Below, piece by piece: positions 19,048 through 28,599 of a DNA stretch of 64,000 nt. The DNA is from Thermoplasmata archaeon (GTDB taxonomy: Archaea > Thermoplasmatota > Thermoplasmata > Lutacidiplasmatales > UBA184): contig JAKIWV010000003.1 of NCBI GenBank assembly GCA_022749815.1, positions 158,048 through 222,047 on the forward strand, read 5' to 3'. Every line of letters begins with the position of its first letter. Position 1 is the first letter of the stretch. A program made the position numbers and the translations under genes. Below the pieces are notes generated by a model. That model ran no database searches, was not told where the DNA came from, and saw only the letters and a list, made by a program, of their open reading frames with translations.

Positions 19048-19163
19048 CGGTCCCCGGCGCCTCGGGATTCCCCAGCGGGTCCGGGTTATAGGACAGCCCG
19101 TCAACCTGCGCCACCCGGTTACCTTCAAGAGGAGGGACGGCCCTGACTCGCTCCTCATCCCCG

Positions 19164-19403
19164 ATGGAGACGCTCTACCTTCTCGCCGAGACCGATGTGA
19201 GCCAGCTCGAGGAGGTGATCCGGCGTCTCCGGACCATCCCCCACGTCGCCGAGGTCGAAGCGGTCACGGGCCCGTTCGACCTCATCGTGAAGATCCAGGC
19301 GCCCCACATCAACGAAGCGCTGGACGTCGTGGTCCACCGGATCCGGAAGGTCCCGGGCATCAAGAGCACCGAGACGCTCGTCGCGGTCAGCGGGTCGCCG
19401 TAG
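19164..19403 (+). CDS. stand-alone Lrp/AsnC ligand-binding (RAM) domain protein
   Basis: 79 aa, ...HVAEVEAVTGPFDLIVKIQAP...VPGIKSTETL typical of AsnC_trans_reg C-domains. Confidence 0.6.
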   Translation: METLYLLAETDVSQLEEVIRRLRTIPHVAEVEAVTGPFDLIVKIQAPHINEALDVVVHRIRKVPGIKSTETLVAVSGSP

Positions 19404-20358
19404 TCGTCGTCGCGCGGAGGCGCCGCTCCGCGTCCCACAACCGTTCGTACCGGGCCGGGTCGACCATGACGCGGCGGCTTTCGATGACCCAGCCGTGCGG
19501 AACCTTCGAGAACCCTTCCGACGCCACCCGGGCCTCGCCGAACCCGAGGAAGGCGCCGTCCGGTGCGATGAGGACCACGGCGGCTCCGGCCGGGAACGGA
19601 CGCGACATGGAGCGGATCCCCCCCCGGGCCACGCCGGCGCCGTGGGCCACCGCCGCGGCCGCACCGGGCTTGAGGAGGACCTGCGGGAATTCCCGGCGGA
19701 CCTCCTCGATCGGATGGAGCATTCGCAGCAGGGCGTCGGGCGAGCCGGCCCGGGCCGTCACGACGGCGTCGGAGAGGGCGTGCAGGGTGGTCGATTGCTC
19801 CTCCTTGAACGGCCCGGTTCCGATCCGTCGGAGCTCGGCGAGATGGGCGCCGACGCCGAGGGCGTCGCCCAGGTCGACCGCCAGCGACCGGATGTAGGTG
19901 CCGGACTCGGACGTCACGTCGACGAGGAGCAGCGGCCCCTCCTGCTCGAGGCGGGTCAGCCGATGGATGGTGCGGATCCGGCGCTCGCGGCGGACGGCCG
20001 AGCGCACGGGCGGGGTCTGGAAGACCGGGCCCTGGAACTCCGCGAGGATCGCGGCCAGGTCGGCGGCGGGGACCCGACCATGCAGGGCGATCACGCCCAC
20101 GTAGCGCTTCGGAAAATCGAGCAGAAGGGGGAGAAGCTTGAGCGCCGGTCCGACGCCGATCCACAGGAGTCCTGAAACGTGGGGGTCCAGGGTCCCTGCG
20201 TGGCCGGCCCGCTCGAGCCCGAGGAGGTCCCGGACCCAGGCGGCCACCTGATGCGACGTGGGGCCTCGGGGCTTGTCGACGAGCAGGAACGCTCCCGCGC
20301 GGATCCTCTCCTCGATCGCCGGAGGAAAGGAGGGGGTCGGCTCGGGAGGACCGTTCAT
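19387..20358 (-). CDS. cbf5: H/ACA RNP pseudouridine synthase Cbf5 (TruB family, with PUA domain)
   Basis: LLVDKPRGPTSH...GHAGTLDP catalytic Asp motif; ATGA-coupled to cmk. Confidence 0.85.
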   Translation of the reverse strand: MNGPPEPTPSFPPAIEERIRAGAFLLVDKPRGPTSHQVAAWVRDLLGLERAGHAGTLDPHVSGLLWIGVGPALKLLPLLLDFPKRYVGVIALHGRVPAADLAAILAEFQGPVFQTPPVRSAVRRERRIRTIHRLTRLEQEGPLLLVDVTSESGTYIRSLAVDLGDALGVGAHLAELRRIGTGPFKEEQSTTLHALSDAVVTARAGSPDALLRMLHPIEEVRREFPQVLLKPGAAAAVAHGAGVARGGIRSMSRPFPAGAAVVLIAPDGAFLGFGEARVASEGFSKVPHGWVIESRRVMVDPARYERLWDAERRLRATTTTATR

Positions 20359-20903
20359 GGGCGGGCTGGCGGGGCGTGCCGGCGGATGAAGTCGACTAGC
20401 TGGTCCACGACGGCGGCCGGAGGGAGGTCCGAGCTGTCGACGCGCAGGTCCGGGGCCGCCCGGTCGAGGTCGATCCCGTAGATCGACTGGTATCGGGCCT
20501 TTTCGCTGGCCTCCCGGGCGAGCATCGCACGAAGCGCCGCCGCGACGGGGATTCCGTCCCGCCCGGCGATCCGCTGGGCCCGGACGTCCTCCCGGGCGGT
20601 CACGAGGAGGTAGACGACGGGGATCCCCTTGCGCTGGGCGAGCGGGCCGGTGAGCCGCGCCTCGAGCAGCCGGCCCGGCCGGGCGAGCTCGAGCATGTGG
20701 GCGTCCAGTTCCCGGTCGACCTCGGGGTGCTCGGCGGCGTACCGGGAGAATTCTCCCAGGTCCATGTTGTGGCGCTCGGCCTGGGCGCGGAACAGGGCGC
20801 CGGCGGAGTGGAACTCGAGGCCCAGACGTTCCGCCGCCGCGCGGGCGGCCGTCGTCTTGCCGCTACCGGGCGGCCCTCCGACCACTACGAGCGGGAGGTT
20901 CAC
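20355..20903 (-). CDS. cmk: cytidylate kinase (archaeal CMP kinase)
   Basis: VVVGGPPGSGKTT P-loop; GTG start inferred immediately after the DUF106 stop. Confidence 0.7.
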   Translation of the reverse strand: MNLPLVVVGGPPGSGKTTAARAAAERLGLEFHSAGALFRAQAERHNMDLGEFSRYAAEHPEVDRELDAHMLELARPGRLLEARLTGPLAQRKGIPVVYLLVTAREDVRAQRIAGRDGIPVAAALRAMLAREASEKARYQSIYGIDLDRAAPDLRVDSSDLPPAAVVDQLVDFIRRHAPPARP

Positions 20904-21745
20904 GCATGGCCCCGGGCCGGCGGGGCGGCGGAGAGAACGGGCTCCGCGAGCGTTCGAGCATATTTCCGGAGGGAGTAATGCTTGAGGTACCGGCGGAGGA
21001 TGAGCGAGCTCGGGATCGTGTAGAGGGAGAAGATGAGGAACCAGAGCGGGACGATCCACTCATTGTGGGTGAGCGGCACCGAGTTGCCCCCGACGACGAT
21101 CACATTCCCGAGCGCGTTGGTGGTCGTGGCGCAGGACCACGGGGGGAGCAACGCGTTATGGCCACACGCGACGAACAAACCGACCCAGGTGTAGATCGCG
21201 ATGACGAGGAACCAGGTGACCGCCATGCCCTTCAGCTGGGCGATCGACATCTCGCTCGTGAGCTTCGTGAGCGTCGCCTGGTGCACCTTGAGCGCCTCCA
21301 TCTTGTCCTTCTTGCCGGACCGGAGCGCCTCCATCTGCACCTTGCGGAACGCCGCCGACCATTTCTGCACCCGGGCCGCCTTCACCCAGTCGGTGGTGTA
21401 GTTGTAGGCCACCGCCGTGAGCAACATCTCGAGCACCGCGGCGAGGAACATCGTCAGAAGGACGTAGTGTCCCGCGAACCCGATGATCGGCACGAGCCCG
21501 TAGCCGAACAGAACCGCCACCTGGTTCCGCGTGTTGTTGTCGAAGATCATCAGAATCCCGAGGAGGAACAGAAACGTGAGGATCATCGTGCTCGGCTTGA
21601 ACGACGGGGCGGGGGGCCGCGCCGGCTTCGCGGGCGCGGTCTCGGTCGCGTCCTGCAAGGGCTCGTCCGCCGTTTCCGGCGTCGTCTCCTCTTCGACCTC
21701 GTCGGCTTCGGAGGTCAGGGGCGAGTCCATCCCCGAGTCCGGCAT
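20900..21745 (-). CDS. archaeal Oxa1/YidC-like membrane protein (DUF106) with acidic N-terminal extension
   Basis: TM1, then coiled-coil region (KVQMEALRSGKKDKMEALKVHQATL), then two TM helices; sits in the conserved secY-(adk)-DUF106-cmk position. Confidence 0.65.
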   Translation of the reverse strand: MPDSGMDSPLTSEADEVEEETTPETADEPLQDATETAPAKPARPPAPSFKPSTMILTFLFLLGILMIFDNNTRNQVAVLFGYGLVPIIGFAGHYVLLTMFLAAVLEMLLTAVAYNYTTDWVKAARVQKWSAAFRKVQMEALRSGKKDKMEALKVHQATLTKLTSEMSIAQLKGMAVTWFLVIAIYTWVGLFVACGHNALLPPWSCATTTNALGNVIVVGGNSVPLTHNEWIVPLWFLIFSLYTIPSSLILRRYLKHYSLRKYARTLAEPVLSAAPPARGHA

Positions 21746-21749
21746 CGGA

Positions 21750-23513
21750 CTACTCCCCTCCGATGAACCGCCGCAGGAGCGGGTTCATCTCCATCAGCTG
21801 CTCCCGCCCCATCGCTTCGTAGAAGTTGATCATGATCCCCACGGTCAGCAGCACGCCGGTCCCGCTGGCGTTCCCCAGGGTGCCGATCAGGTCCGCCCCG
21901 GCGGCGAGCCCGCCCACGGCCGCTCCCGAGATCACGGTGATGACGGGGATGTACCGCTCGAGGACGCGCCGGAGCACCCGAGGCTCCCGTCGGAACCCCG
22001 GGATCTGCATGCCGCTCGCCTCGATCTGCCGGGCAACGGCCTCGGGACCCATGTTCGTGGTCTGGATCCAGAACTTGGCGAACAGGATCGAGCCGACGAC
22101 CATGACGCTGAAGTAGACGAGGACGTGGATCAGGTCCTGCCACCACGCGTGGCCGACCAGGAAGCTCCCGTACGTGTGGGCGTTGAGCAGCGGGAGGAGC
22201 CAACTCTCGAGGCCGTTCACTGTCGAGAGATAGTAGGCACCTCCGGTCAGCGGGGTGGTCGCGGAGACGTGCATCGACGTCGCGGCCGCCTGCGAGGCGG
22301 GGTAGGAGCCGATCCACCACTGATGGCCCAGGAGGGGGAAGTGCGAGAGGGTGCCGTTGCCCCAGAGGAGGATCGAGAACATCGAGACGTTGGCGAGGAG
22401 GGCCGACATCAAAATGACCGGGATGTTGCTCGCGTAGATCAAGCGGAGCGGGTAGCGGCCTCGAGCGCCGCGCGCCTCCGCGTGGGAGAGCGGGAGCTCG
22501 ATCCGCGTCGATTCCGTCCAGGCCACGAGGAAGAAGATCGCCGCGGTTCCCGCCAGCGCCACGACGGGGTTCGGCGAGTGAAGGAGCACCTGCTCCCAGC
22601 CGCCGCTCGCCATCTGCTGCGCATTGAGGTGGGTGAAGAACCAGATCGCCTTTGGGATCGTCCCGGACGGCGGGTTGCCGGCCGAGACCGCCCCGGCGTT
22701 GGCCGGCAGCCAGTTGAGCGTGCCTTGGATGATCTGTTGGGAGACACCGGCCGCGATGAAGAGCGAGATGCCACTCCCGATGCCCCACTTGCTCACGACC
22801 TCGTCCATCAGGAAGACGAGGTAGCTGCCGAAGACGAGCTGGGCGATGATGATCATCTCGGCGAGCAGGGGGCCGTTCCCGAGGGAGAAGTTCCCGAGAC
22901 TGGCGATGATGGACGACGAGGGGGACAGATAGCCGTAGACCTGGGGGATCGCCTCGACGAAGATCATCGCGACGACGATCACCTTCTGGGTGCCCTGGTA
23001 GATCGCCTTGTCGTCGTCCTTGGTCAGGTCCAGTCCGATGATCTTCGCACCGGTGAAGAGCTGCATGATGATCGACCCGGTGACGATCGGGCCGATGCCG
23101 AGGTGCATGAGCGTCCCCTGCTGCCCGGCGAGGATCGCCCGGTAGCTGGCGAACAGGTCGATGACCGTTGCCTGGTCGACGCCGAAGAGGAAGATGTTCG
23201 AGAGCACGAAGTACATCAGTAGTACTGTGATGACCCAGAGCATCTTCGTCCGGAAATGGACGTGGCCGACGGGCTTCGCGACGGCCGGCATCCGCGTGGT
23301 GACCGGTTTGAGGCCGTAGAGCTTCGACTTGGGACCGGTGTACGAGAGGCCGAGGAGAAGGAGCAGGAAGATGAGCGTGAGCGCCAGCGCGGCGATTCCG
23401 AAGGCAAGGACCGTCGGATGGGCGCCGTCCCACAGGAGGAACAGGATGACCGCTTCAACGACGAAGAGCGGGATCGCCCAGCGCCAGTCGCGGGGGATCT
23501 CGGGATTCACCAT
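21750..23513 (-). CDS. secY: preprotein translocase SecY (with ~60 aa N-terminal extension predicted to add two TM helices)
   Basis: RMPAVAKPVGHVHFRTKMLWVITVLLMYFVLSNI aligns to the canonical SecY N-terminus; the first ATG is 74 codons upstream with a GGAGG; no in-frame start lies between. Confidence 0.85.
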   Translation of the reverse strand: MVNPEIPRDWRWAIPLFVVEAVILFLLWDGAHPTVLAFGIAALALTLIFLLLLLGLSYTGPKSKLYGLKPVTTRMPAVAKPVGHVHFRTKMLWVITVLLMYFVLSNIFLFGVDQATVIDLFASYRAILAGQQGTLMHLGIGPIVTGSIIMQLFTGAKIIGLDLTKDDDKAIYQGTQKVIVVAMIFVEAIPQVYGYLSPSSSIIASLGNFSLGNGPLLAEMIIIAQLVFGSYLVFLMDEVVSKWGIGSGISLFIAAGVSQQIIQGTLNWLPANAGAVSAGNPPSGTIPKAIWFFTHLNAQQMASGGWEQVLLHSPNPVVALAGTAAIFFLVAWTESTRIELPLSHAEARGARGRYPLRLIYASNIPVILMSALLANVSMFSILLWGNGTLSHFPLLGHQWWIGSYPASQAAATSMHVSATTPLTGGAYYLSTVNGLESWLLPLLNAHTYGSFLVGHAWWQDLIHVLVYFSVMVVGSILFAKFWIQTTNMGPEAVARQIEASGMQIPGFRREPRVLRRVLERYIPVITVISGAAVGGLAAGADLIGTLGNASGTGVLLTVGIMINFYEAMGREQLMEMNPLLRRFIGGE

Positions 23514-23591
23514 GAAGGGCTATCCGGCACCTCCGAACCAGCCGGCGGGCACCATAAATAGGTTCACCCTGAGGACCCGGAGCGTCCCGGT

Positions 23592-24023
23592 TCAGCCGGC
23601 CGGGGGAGCAGGGGGCTGGGCCAGAACCTCGACCTTTTCCCTGGCATGCTTCGAGGCATGCGCCACGAAGACGCTCCACCGCCGGGTCGTCTCCCCACCG
23701 CCGAGCAACCGGTCGATGCCGAGCGTCGAGAGGTCGGCGACCCACTTCTCCCCGTCTTGCCGAAGTGCCTGGGCCGCACTCAGGTAGGGAGCGATGGAGT
23801 CGAGCTGGCCGACGTTGATCGATTGGTGCCTCTCGACGATCTCGGGCGGCCGCTTGAAGCCGTGCCGGCCGAAATGATCCGGCGCGTAGATCAGCATCGA
23901 CTTGAACTTGTATTTGTGAAGGCCCGCGTTGCCGCGGCCGCCCTGCTTCCCGGCGCCCCGACCGGCCTTGATTCCCCGGCCGTGGGTTCGTGAGCCTCGG
24001 AACTTTCGAGTACGTGAGACCAT
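23592..24023 (-). CDS. rpl15: 50S ribosomal protein L15 (uL15)
   Basis: KFRGSRTHGRG...GKQGGRG. Confidence 0.85.
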   Translation of the reverse strand: MVSRTRKFRGSRTHGRGIKAGRGAGKQGGRGNAGLHKYKFKSMLIYAPDHFGRHGFKRPPEIVERHQSINVGQLDSIAPYLSAAQALRQDGEKWVADLSTLGIDRLLGGGETTRRWSVFVAHASKHAREKVEVLAQPPAPPAG

Positions 24024-24031
24024 GAGGACTC

Positions 24032-24478
24032 CTAGAGCATCCGCCGGACGAGGTCGTTGATCGCGCGTCCCCGGTAGCCGAGGGCTCCCCCGAGGGAGAA
24101 CGGCTTCTTCGTGGACTTCCAGCCGCCCTTGGGGGGGGTCAGCCGCACGAGCGGCTTGAGCGTCTTGACGCGGGCGAGCCCGTTCCCGAGGACCGCCGTG
24201 ACGAGGTTGGCTAGGGGAGGAGTCCCGGCGGTCGGGGCCGAGAGCCGGGCGCCGGCCCGTGTCTGCCCCCGGGCGGCCAGCAGCGCCGAGACCGTCTCGG
24301 CTTCGGCCTCGCCCCAGGTAACGTAGCCCTGGGTGGCCATGAGCGTCCCCCGGAACGACGGCTCTTCGGGAATCACCGTCGCGTGGTTCGGGCGGGTCAG
24401 GTGGAGCTCGTCGAGCGCTTGACGGATGTCTCGGCGAGAATGGATCCCTCCGCGGACGCGGACCACGATCCAGGCCAT
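24032..24478 (-). CDS. rpl30: 50S ribosomal protein L30 (uL30)
   Basis: MAWIVVRVRGGIHSRRDIRQALDELHLTRPNHATV. Confidence 0.8.
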   Translation of the reverse strand: MAWIVVRVRGGIHSRRDIRQALDELHLTRPNHATVIPEEPSFRGTLMATQGYVTWGEAEAETVSALLAARGQTRAGARLSAPTAGTPPLANLVTAVLGNGLARVKTLKPLVRLTPPKGGWKSTKKPFSLGGALGYRGRAINDLVRRML

Positions 24479-24482
24479 CGGC

Positions 24483-25334
24483 TCACCGCTGCCCCGGCCG
24501 CCGCCGGCCGCCGGGTCCTCCGCGTCCCGGACCGCCGCGTCCGCGGCCGCCCCGGCCCCCGCGCCGGTCCGGCGGAGTGTCCTCCTTGGGAGGCAGGATG
24601 GAGCTGCCCACGGGACCTCGGACGATCTTGAGCCGAGCAGAGTCCTCGGGCGCGATCTTGAGGATGGCGAGCTGACGCAGCGCTTCGAAGGCGGCTTGCG
24701 CGTAATTGACGGTCGTCTTGGTGTGTCCCGAAGTGAAGCCCCAGGCGTCGGTCAATCCGGCGAACCGGAGCACGGGCTTCGCGACATCGCCCACGGCGAG
24801 GCCGACGCCCCGCGGCGCCGGCTTGAACGTCGCGACGACGGAGCCGACCCGACCGTGGATCGTGAACGGGAACGAGTGGGACCGGCCGCAGCCGCATTCC
24901 CAGCTGCCGCAGCCCCGCAGGACCTCCACCATGTGGAGCTTCGCCTTGTCGATGGCCCGGCGGATCGTGGGGCCGACCTCCTTGCCCTTCGCCCGGCCGA
25001 GACCGACGAAGCCGTCGCCGTTGCCCACGACCACCGTGACGGCGAACTTGTAGCGGCGACCGGAGTCGGTCATCCGCTGGACCATGTTGACGTCCAGCAC
25101 CTCGTCGTGGAGGCCGGGCAGGAGGGCGTCCACGATTCCCGCTTCGCGCAACGGGAGGCCGCTGTGCAGCGCCGCCGACATCGAGGTGATCTCCCCCGCG
25201 TGGACCTTCCGGCCCAACTCCGTCTTGGGGACCCAGGGCGGGGGCGGGGCGGGGCCGCCCGGTCCGAAACGACCCGAGCCCGGACCGGGTCCCGGCGGGG
25301 GACCGGCGGATGCGGACGCGGTCGCGGGACTCAT
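24483..25334 (-). CDS. rps5: 30S ribosomal protein S5 (uS5) with Gly/Pro-rich N-terminus and RGG-rich C-terminal tail
   Basis: uS5 core (KFAVTVVVGNGDGFVGLGRAKGKEV...); tail GGRGGRGRGGPGRGGPGGRRRPGQR. Confidence 0.85.
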   Translation of the reverse strand: MSPATASASAGPPPGPGPGSGRFGPGGPAPPPPWVPKTELGRKVHAGEITSMSAALHSGLPLREAGIVDALLPGLHDEVLDVNMVQRMTDSGRRYKFAVTVVVGNGDGFVGLGRAKGKEVGPTIRRAIDKAKLHMVEVLRGCGSWECGCGRSHSFPFTIHGRVGSVVATFKPAPRGVGLAVGDVAKPVLRFAGLTDAWGFTSGHTKTTVNYAQAAFEALRQLAILKIAPEDSARLKIVRGPVGSSILPPKEDTPPDRRGGRGGRGRGGPGRGGPGGRRRPGQR

Positions 25335-25858
25335 GAGGATGCCTTCCGGGGAGCCCGGGGCTTGTCGAGTTCGGATTTGTAGGCTTCGACCGGTTTCGGC
25401 AGCGGCTTCGGCAGGTGCTGGCCGTTCAACCGGTCGGCGGAGGGCAAGCCCTCGTCCCCGTGGGGAATGTCGAGGCCCGCATCGAGCAGGCCCTTGAGCG
25501 CTCCCATCAATCGGCCCCCGGGGGCTGGGTGCCGGATTCCGACATCGAGCACCGCCGAGGAGGTGCCCGCGGCTTTCGCTCGGACGCCGGCCAGATAGCC
25601 CGTCAAGTAGGCCGCGGGAGTCGTGCGCAGGTTCGGTTCCGGGAACCCCACCGACGTGAGCTCGGGGCTCTCCGCCGAGGCCAGCACTCGATCCCCGTGG
25701 GGGTCATAGGCCGTAAGGCTGACGAGGACCCGGCGATTCGTCACGCGGACGACCGCCCGGGGTCGGTCCCCACGCAGGAGGCGGAGTCGGGTCCGGTAAT
25801 CGGTCTTCCCTTCGCGCCGGCGGCGGAACGGCACCCGGTACCGCGGGCTGTCGCTCAT
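25331..25858 (-). CDS. rpl18: 50S ribosomal protein L18 (uL18)
   Basis: YRVPFRRRREGKTDYRTRLRLL; ATGA overlap with L19e. Confidence 0.85.
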   Translation of the reverse strand: MSDSPRYRVPFRRRREGKTDYRTRLRLLRGDRPRAVVRVTNRRVLVSLTAYDPHGDRVLASAESPELTSVGFPEPNLRTTPAAYLTGYLAGVRAKAAGTSSAVLDVGIRHPAPGGRLMGALKGLLDAGLDIPHGDEGLPSADRLNGQHLPKPLPKPVEAYKSELDKPRAPRKASS

Positions 25859-26319
25859 GCCGTCTTCTCCTCCGGGACGTGCCCGGCGAGCCGCAGATTG
25901 AGGAGCAGGTGAGCCCGGCTGCGGAACATCCCACCCTTCGCTTTCCGGTAGAAGGTGCGGTAGACCGACGGGGGGATCTTCTTCCCTTCTCGGAGCGCGG
26001 CGAGGAGTTTGCGTTGCGCACGGATCCGGCGCATCCATCGGCCCTTCTTTGTAACCCGCGCGATCGGCGTTCCCTTGCGAGAGCCCGGACCCGAATGGCG
26101 GCCCTTCCGCCGCTCCTCGGCGAGCCGGCGGGCGCGCCCGCGCGACGTGCCCGCGATGGGCAACCGCTGAATGACCCGGGCCTTGATCGCGCCCCGGATG
26201 TCCTTACGGGTCACCGCGTCGGCGAGGTCTTCCTGACGGGACGGGTCTATCCAGACGCGCCCCTCGCCGCACTTCAGCAGCTGGGCCGCCATCCGTCGCT
26301 GGTTCGAGAGATCCGGCAT
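25855..26319 (-). CDS. rpl19e: 50S ribosomal protein L19e
   Basis: MPDLSNQRRMAAQLLKCGEGRVWIDP. Confidence 0.85.
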   Translation of the reverse strand: MPDLSNQRRMAAQLLKCGEGRVWIDPSRQEDLADAVTRKDIRGAIKARVIQRLPIAGTSRGRARRLAEERRKGRHSGPGSRKGTPIARVTKKGRWMRRIRAQRKLLAALREGKKIPPSVYRTFYRKAKGGMFRSRAHLLLNLRLAGHVPEEKTA

Positions 26320-26323
26320 CGCC

Positions 26324-26923
26324 CTAGGTCTCCCGCGTGTCCTTGGTCAGTGGGTTGAGCACGTGGACGCCCCGCTTCCGGGCGGCCTCTTCGAGTACCA
26401 GGCGCTGCCGGGTCCCGACGGTCCGTGCAATGACCGCCGCCTCGTGGGCGGGGTCGATGCGGTTCACCTCGGTGGGGGTCTGGACAAGGATCGGCCGGAA
26501 CCCGGTCGATGTCCGGCCGCGCACGAGGCGTGGGGAGCGGAAGCCGATGCTCACTACGGTGGGCCGGTAGCCGTAGTGCCGGCGTTGCTTCGATTGAAGT
26601 CCCTTCGGACGCCGCCAGGATCCCCAGCGTCCGATCCGCCAGTACCGGTGGGAGGCGGTCCGGACGAACAACGGACGATGCGCGTCCTGGCCCCGTCGGA
26701 ACGCCAGCAAACGCGCCAGCTCGGGGGAGAGCTTCGGGCGGCGCGGAGGGGGCGTCTCCTTGGGCGGTTTCGACTTCGGCTTGGGCGCCTCCTCAGTGGC
26801 GGTGGTCACCGGCGCCTTCTTCGTCGCGGCTCGGCGCGCGCGGGTGGGCTTCTTGGCCTTCGCGACGGCGGCGGAGCCCGCGGCGGCGGCCTTCTCCTCC
26901 TTCTCGGCCTTCGGGTCCGTCAT
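26324..26923 (-). CDS. rpl32e: 50S ribosomal protein L32e with ~80 aa Lys/Ala/Pro-rich N-terminal extension
   Basis: C-terminal core RYWRIGRWGSWRRPKG...; N-terminal AKAKKPTRARRAATKKAP histone-H1-like low-complexity region. Confidence 0.8.
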   Translation of the reverse strand: MTDPKAEKEEKAAAAGSAAVAKAKKPTRARRAATKKAPVTTATEEAPKPKSKPPKETPPPRRPKLSPELARLLAFRRGQDAHRPLFVRTASHRYWRIGRWGSWRRPKGLQSKQRRHYGYRPTVVSIGFRSPRLVRGRTSTGFRPILVQTPTEVNRIDPAHEAAVIARTVGTRQRLVLEEAARKRGVHVLNPLTKDTRET

Positions 26924-27501
26924 GCCCCCTCGGTGGCGCGCGGCCGCGCCCGCTCCACGATGTAGATGCCGTCCTGGAAGACCCGAGGGTCGTAGTCGCG
27001 GATCTTGGTCGTCCGTTCGATGTTCGCCGCGCTCTGGCCCACGCGCTCGATGTCGGTACCGGTGAGTATCACGAACTCGCCGTCGACCTTCGCCTCGACC
27101 CCCGGAAGGATGGAAGCAGTGCGCGGATACTTTTCCCCCAGGAAATTCTCGATGACCAGCGAGTGCTCCTTCACGGCCACCTTCATGGGGAAGTGCGCCG
27201 CGACGACCTTCATGCGCGCCTCGAAGCCCGACACGACGCCCTGCGCCATGTTCGCGATGTGGCGTTCCCAGGTGTTCAGCAACGACCGCGCCTTCTTCCG
27301 TTCGGACCCGACGAGCAGGGTCAGGGTCACGGTCGGCCCCTGGACGTTGAACCGAAGGGCGCCGACCGGGAACGCCCGATGGATCTCGCCGTGGGGTCCC
27401 TGGACGGTCAGGGTCTCATTCTCGAGCCGGGCGTGGACCCCCTCCGGAAGGGCGATCTGGACCTCGCCGGGAACCACGGCGGCGGAGCTCTCAGAAGACA
27501 T
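26920..27501 (-). CDS. rpl6: 50S ribosomal protein L6 (uL6)
   Basis: two-domain uL6 signature. Confidence 0.85.
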   Translation of the reverse strand: MSSESSAAVVPGEVQIALPEGVHARLENETLTVQGPHGEIHRAFPVGALRFNVQGPTVTLTLLVGSERKKARSLLNTWERHIANMAQGVVSGFEARMKVVAAHFPMKVAVKEHSLVIENFLGEKYPRTASILPGVEAKVDGEFVILTGTDIERVGQSAANIERTTKIRDYDPRVFQDGIYIVERARPRATEGA

Positions 27502-27880
27502 AGGCGAGCAACCTCCCTCCGACCTTCAGCTCCCGGGCCTCGACCTGCGTGATCACGCCGTGGCTGGTCGACAGGACGAGCCGGCCGAAATCCTGCGCAG
27601 GCAGATATCGGCTCTCGAACTTCTCGAGGTCGCGGGCGCGCACGGGGAGGCGCGGCTTGATGACGCCGCACGAGTTGATCCGGCGCGAGAGCTTGACCTC
27701 GTAGCTGCCGCCCCGACCCGTCGCGACGAACGTGAATCCGTCGATGTACTGGTTCGCCTGAAGGATGCGAAGCACCTCGCCGACGAGCTTGGAGACCGGT
27801 GCCAGGGTCACGACCTGCTTCCCTTGCAGGTCGGCGTGCCGGAGAGATACCAGGGCATCGTTGAGAAGATCCTGCTGCAT
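27491..27880 (-). CDS. rps8: 30S ribosomal protein S8 (uS8)
   Basis: MQQDLLNDALVSLRHADLQGK... Confidence 0.85.
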   Translation of the reverse strand: MQQDLLNDALVSLRHADLQGKQVVTLAPVSKLVGEVLRILQANQYIDGFTFVATGRGGSYEVKLSRRINSCGVIKPRLPVRARDLEKFESRYLPAQDFGRLVLSTSHGVITQVEARELKVGGRLLAYVF

Positions 27881-27889
27881 GTGGCACCC

Positions 27890-28036
27890 TCACTGGTACT
27901 TGCGGAACCCCAAGTCCATCGCGACTTCGCGGAAGCACTGCCGGCAGAGATGCAGCCCGTAGCGCCGGACAATGCCCCGCTTCCGGTCGCAGCGCAGGCA
28001 GCCGGCCTTCCGTCCGAACATTTTCTTGGGCTTCAT
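27890..28036 (-). CDS. rps14: 30S ribosomal protein S14 type Z (zinc-binding uS14)
   Basis: 48-aa ORF below the ORF-track cutoff, translated by hand: [48 protein letters not shown] (CxxC...CxxC). Confidence 0.75.
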   Translation of the reverse strand: MKPKKMFGRKAGCLRCDRKRGIVRRYGLHLCRQCFREVAMDLGFRKYQ

Positions 28037-28038
28037 CC

Positions 28039-28599
28039 TCACTCCAGCAGGGTCACGCCGAACTGCTCCACGAGGAACTTCCGGGTCTCCTCGAGGGAGA
28101 CGCGGACATGCGGCGGAAGGGAGGAACGCCGGCTTCGCCGGTCGCGGACGCGCCAGCCGGCGCGGCCCATCTCGACGGAGATGTCCATGCCGAAGATCCC
28201 GATCCCCGGGTCGTACTTCATCCCGGTAAAGTCCGTGTAGTCGCGGATCCCGAAGGAGAAGTTACCGCCCGCATCGATGGAATCGGGGTCGAATTGCTTG
28301 TCCCGGGCCTCGAACGCCCGCCGGAGGAAATCGACGGCGGACTCACCCCGGAGCGTCACTTTGACGCCGATCTCCTGCCCCTCGCGGATCCCGAAATCGC
28401 GGTTCGTGGAGTGAGACCGCGTGGCCGCCGGCTTCTGGTTCGTGAGCATCCGGAGCACCTTCTCGGCCTTCGCTCGCCGTTCGCCCGACTCTCCGACTCC
28501 GACGTTGACGACCACCTTCGCGACCTTCGGAGCCCGCCAGCGGTTTCCGCCGGGGGTGGACGGGGCGGGCGCTCGGGCGGCGGGCAACGGGGCGCTCAT
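28039..28599 (-). CDS. rpl5: 50S ribosomal protein L5 (uL5)
   Basis: [22 protein letters not shown]...; 186 aa from the internal ATG; ATGA overlap with S4e. Confidence 0.85.
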   Translation of the reverse strand: MSAPLPAARAPAPSTPGGNRWRAPKVAKVVVNVGVGESGERRAKAEKVLRMLTNQKPAATRSHSTNRDFGIREGQEIGVKVTLRGESAVDFLRRAFEARDKQFDPDSIDAGGNFSFGIRDYTDFTGMKYDPGIGIFGMDISVEMGRAGWRVRDRRSRRSSLPPHVRVSLEETRKFLVEQFGVTLLE

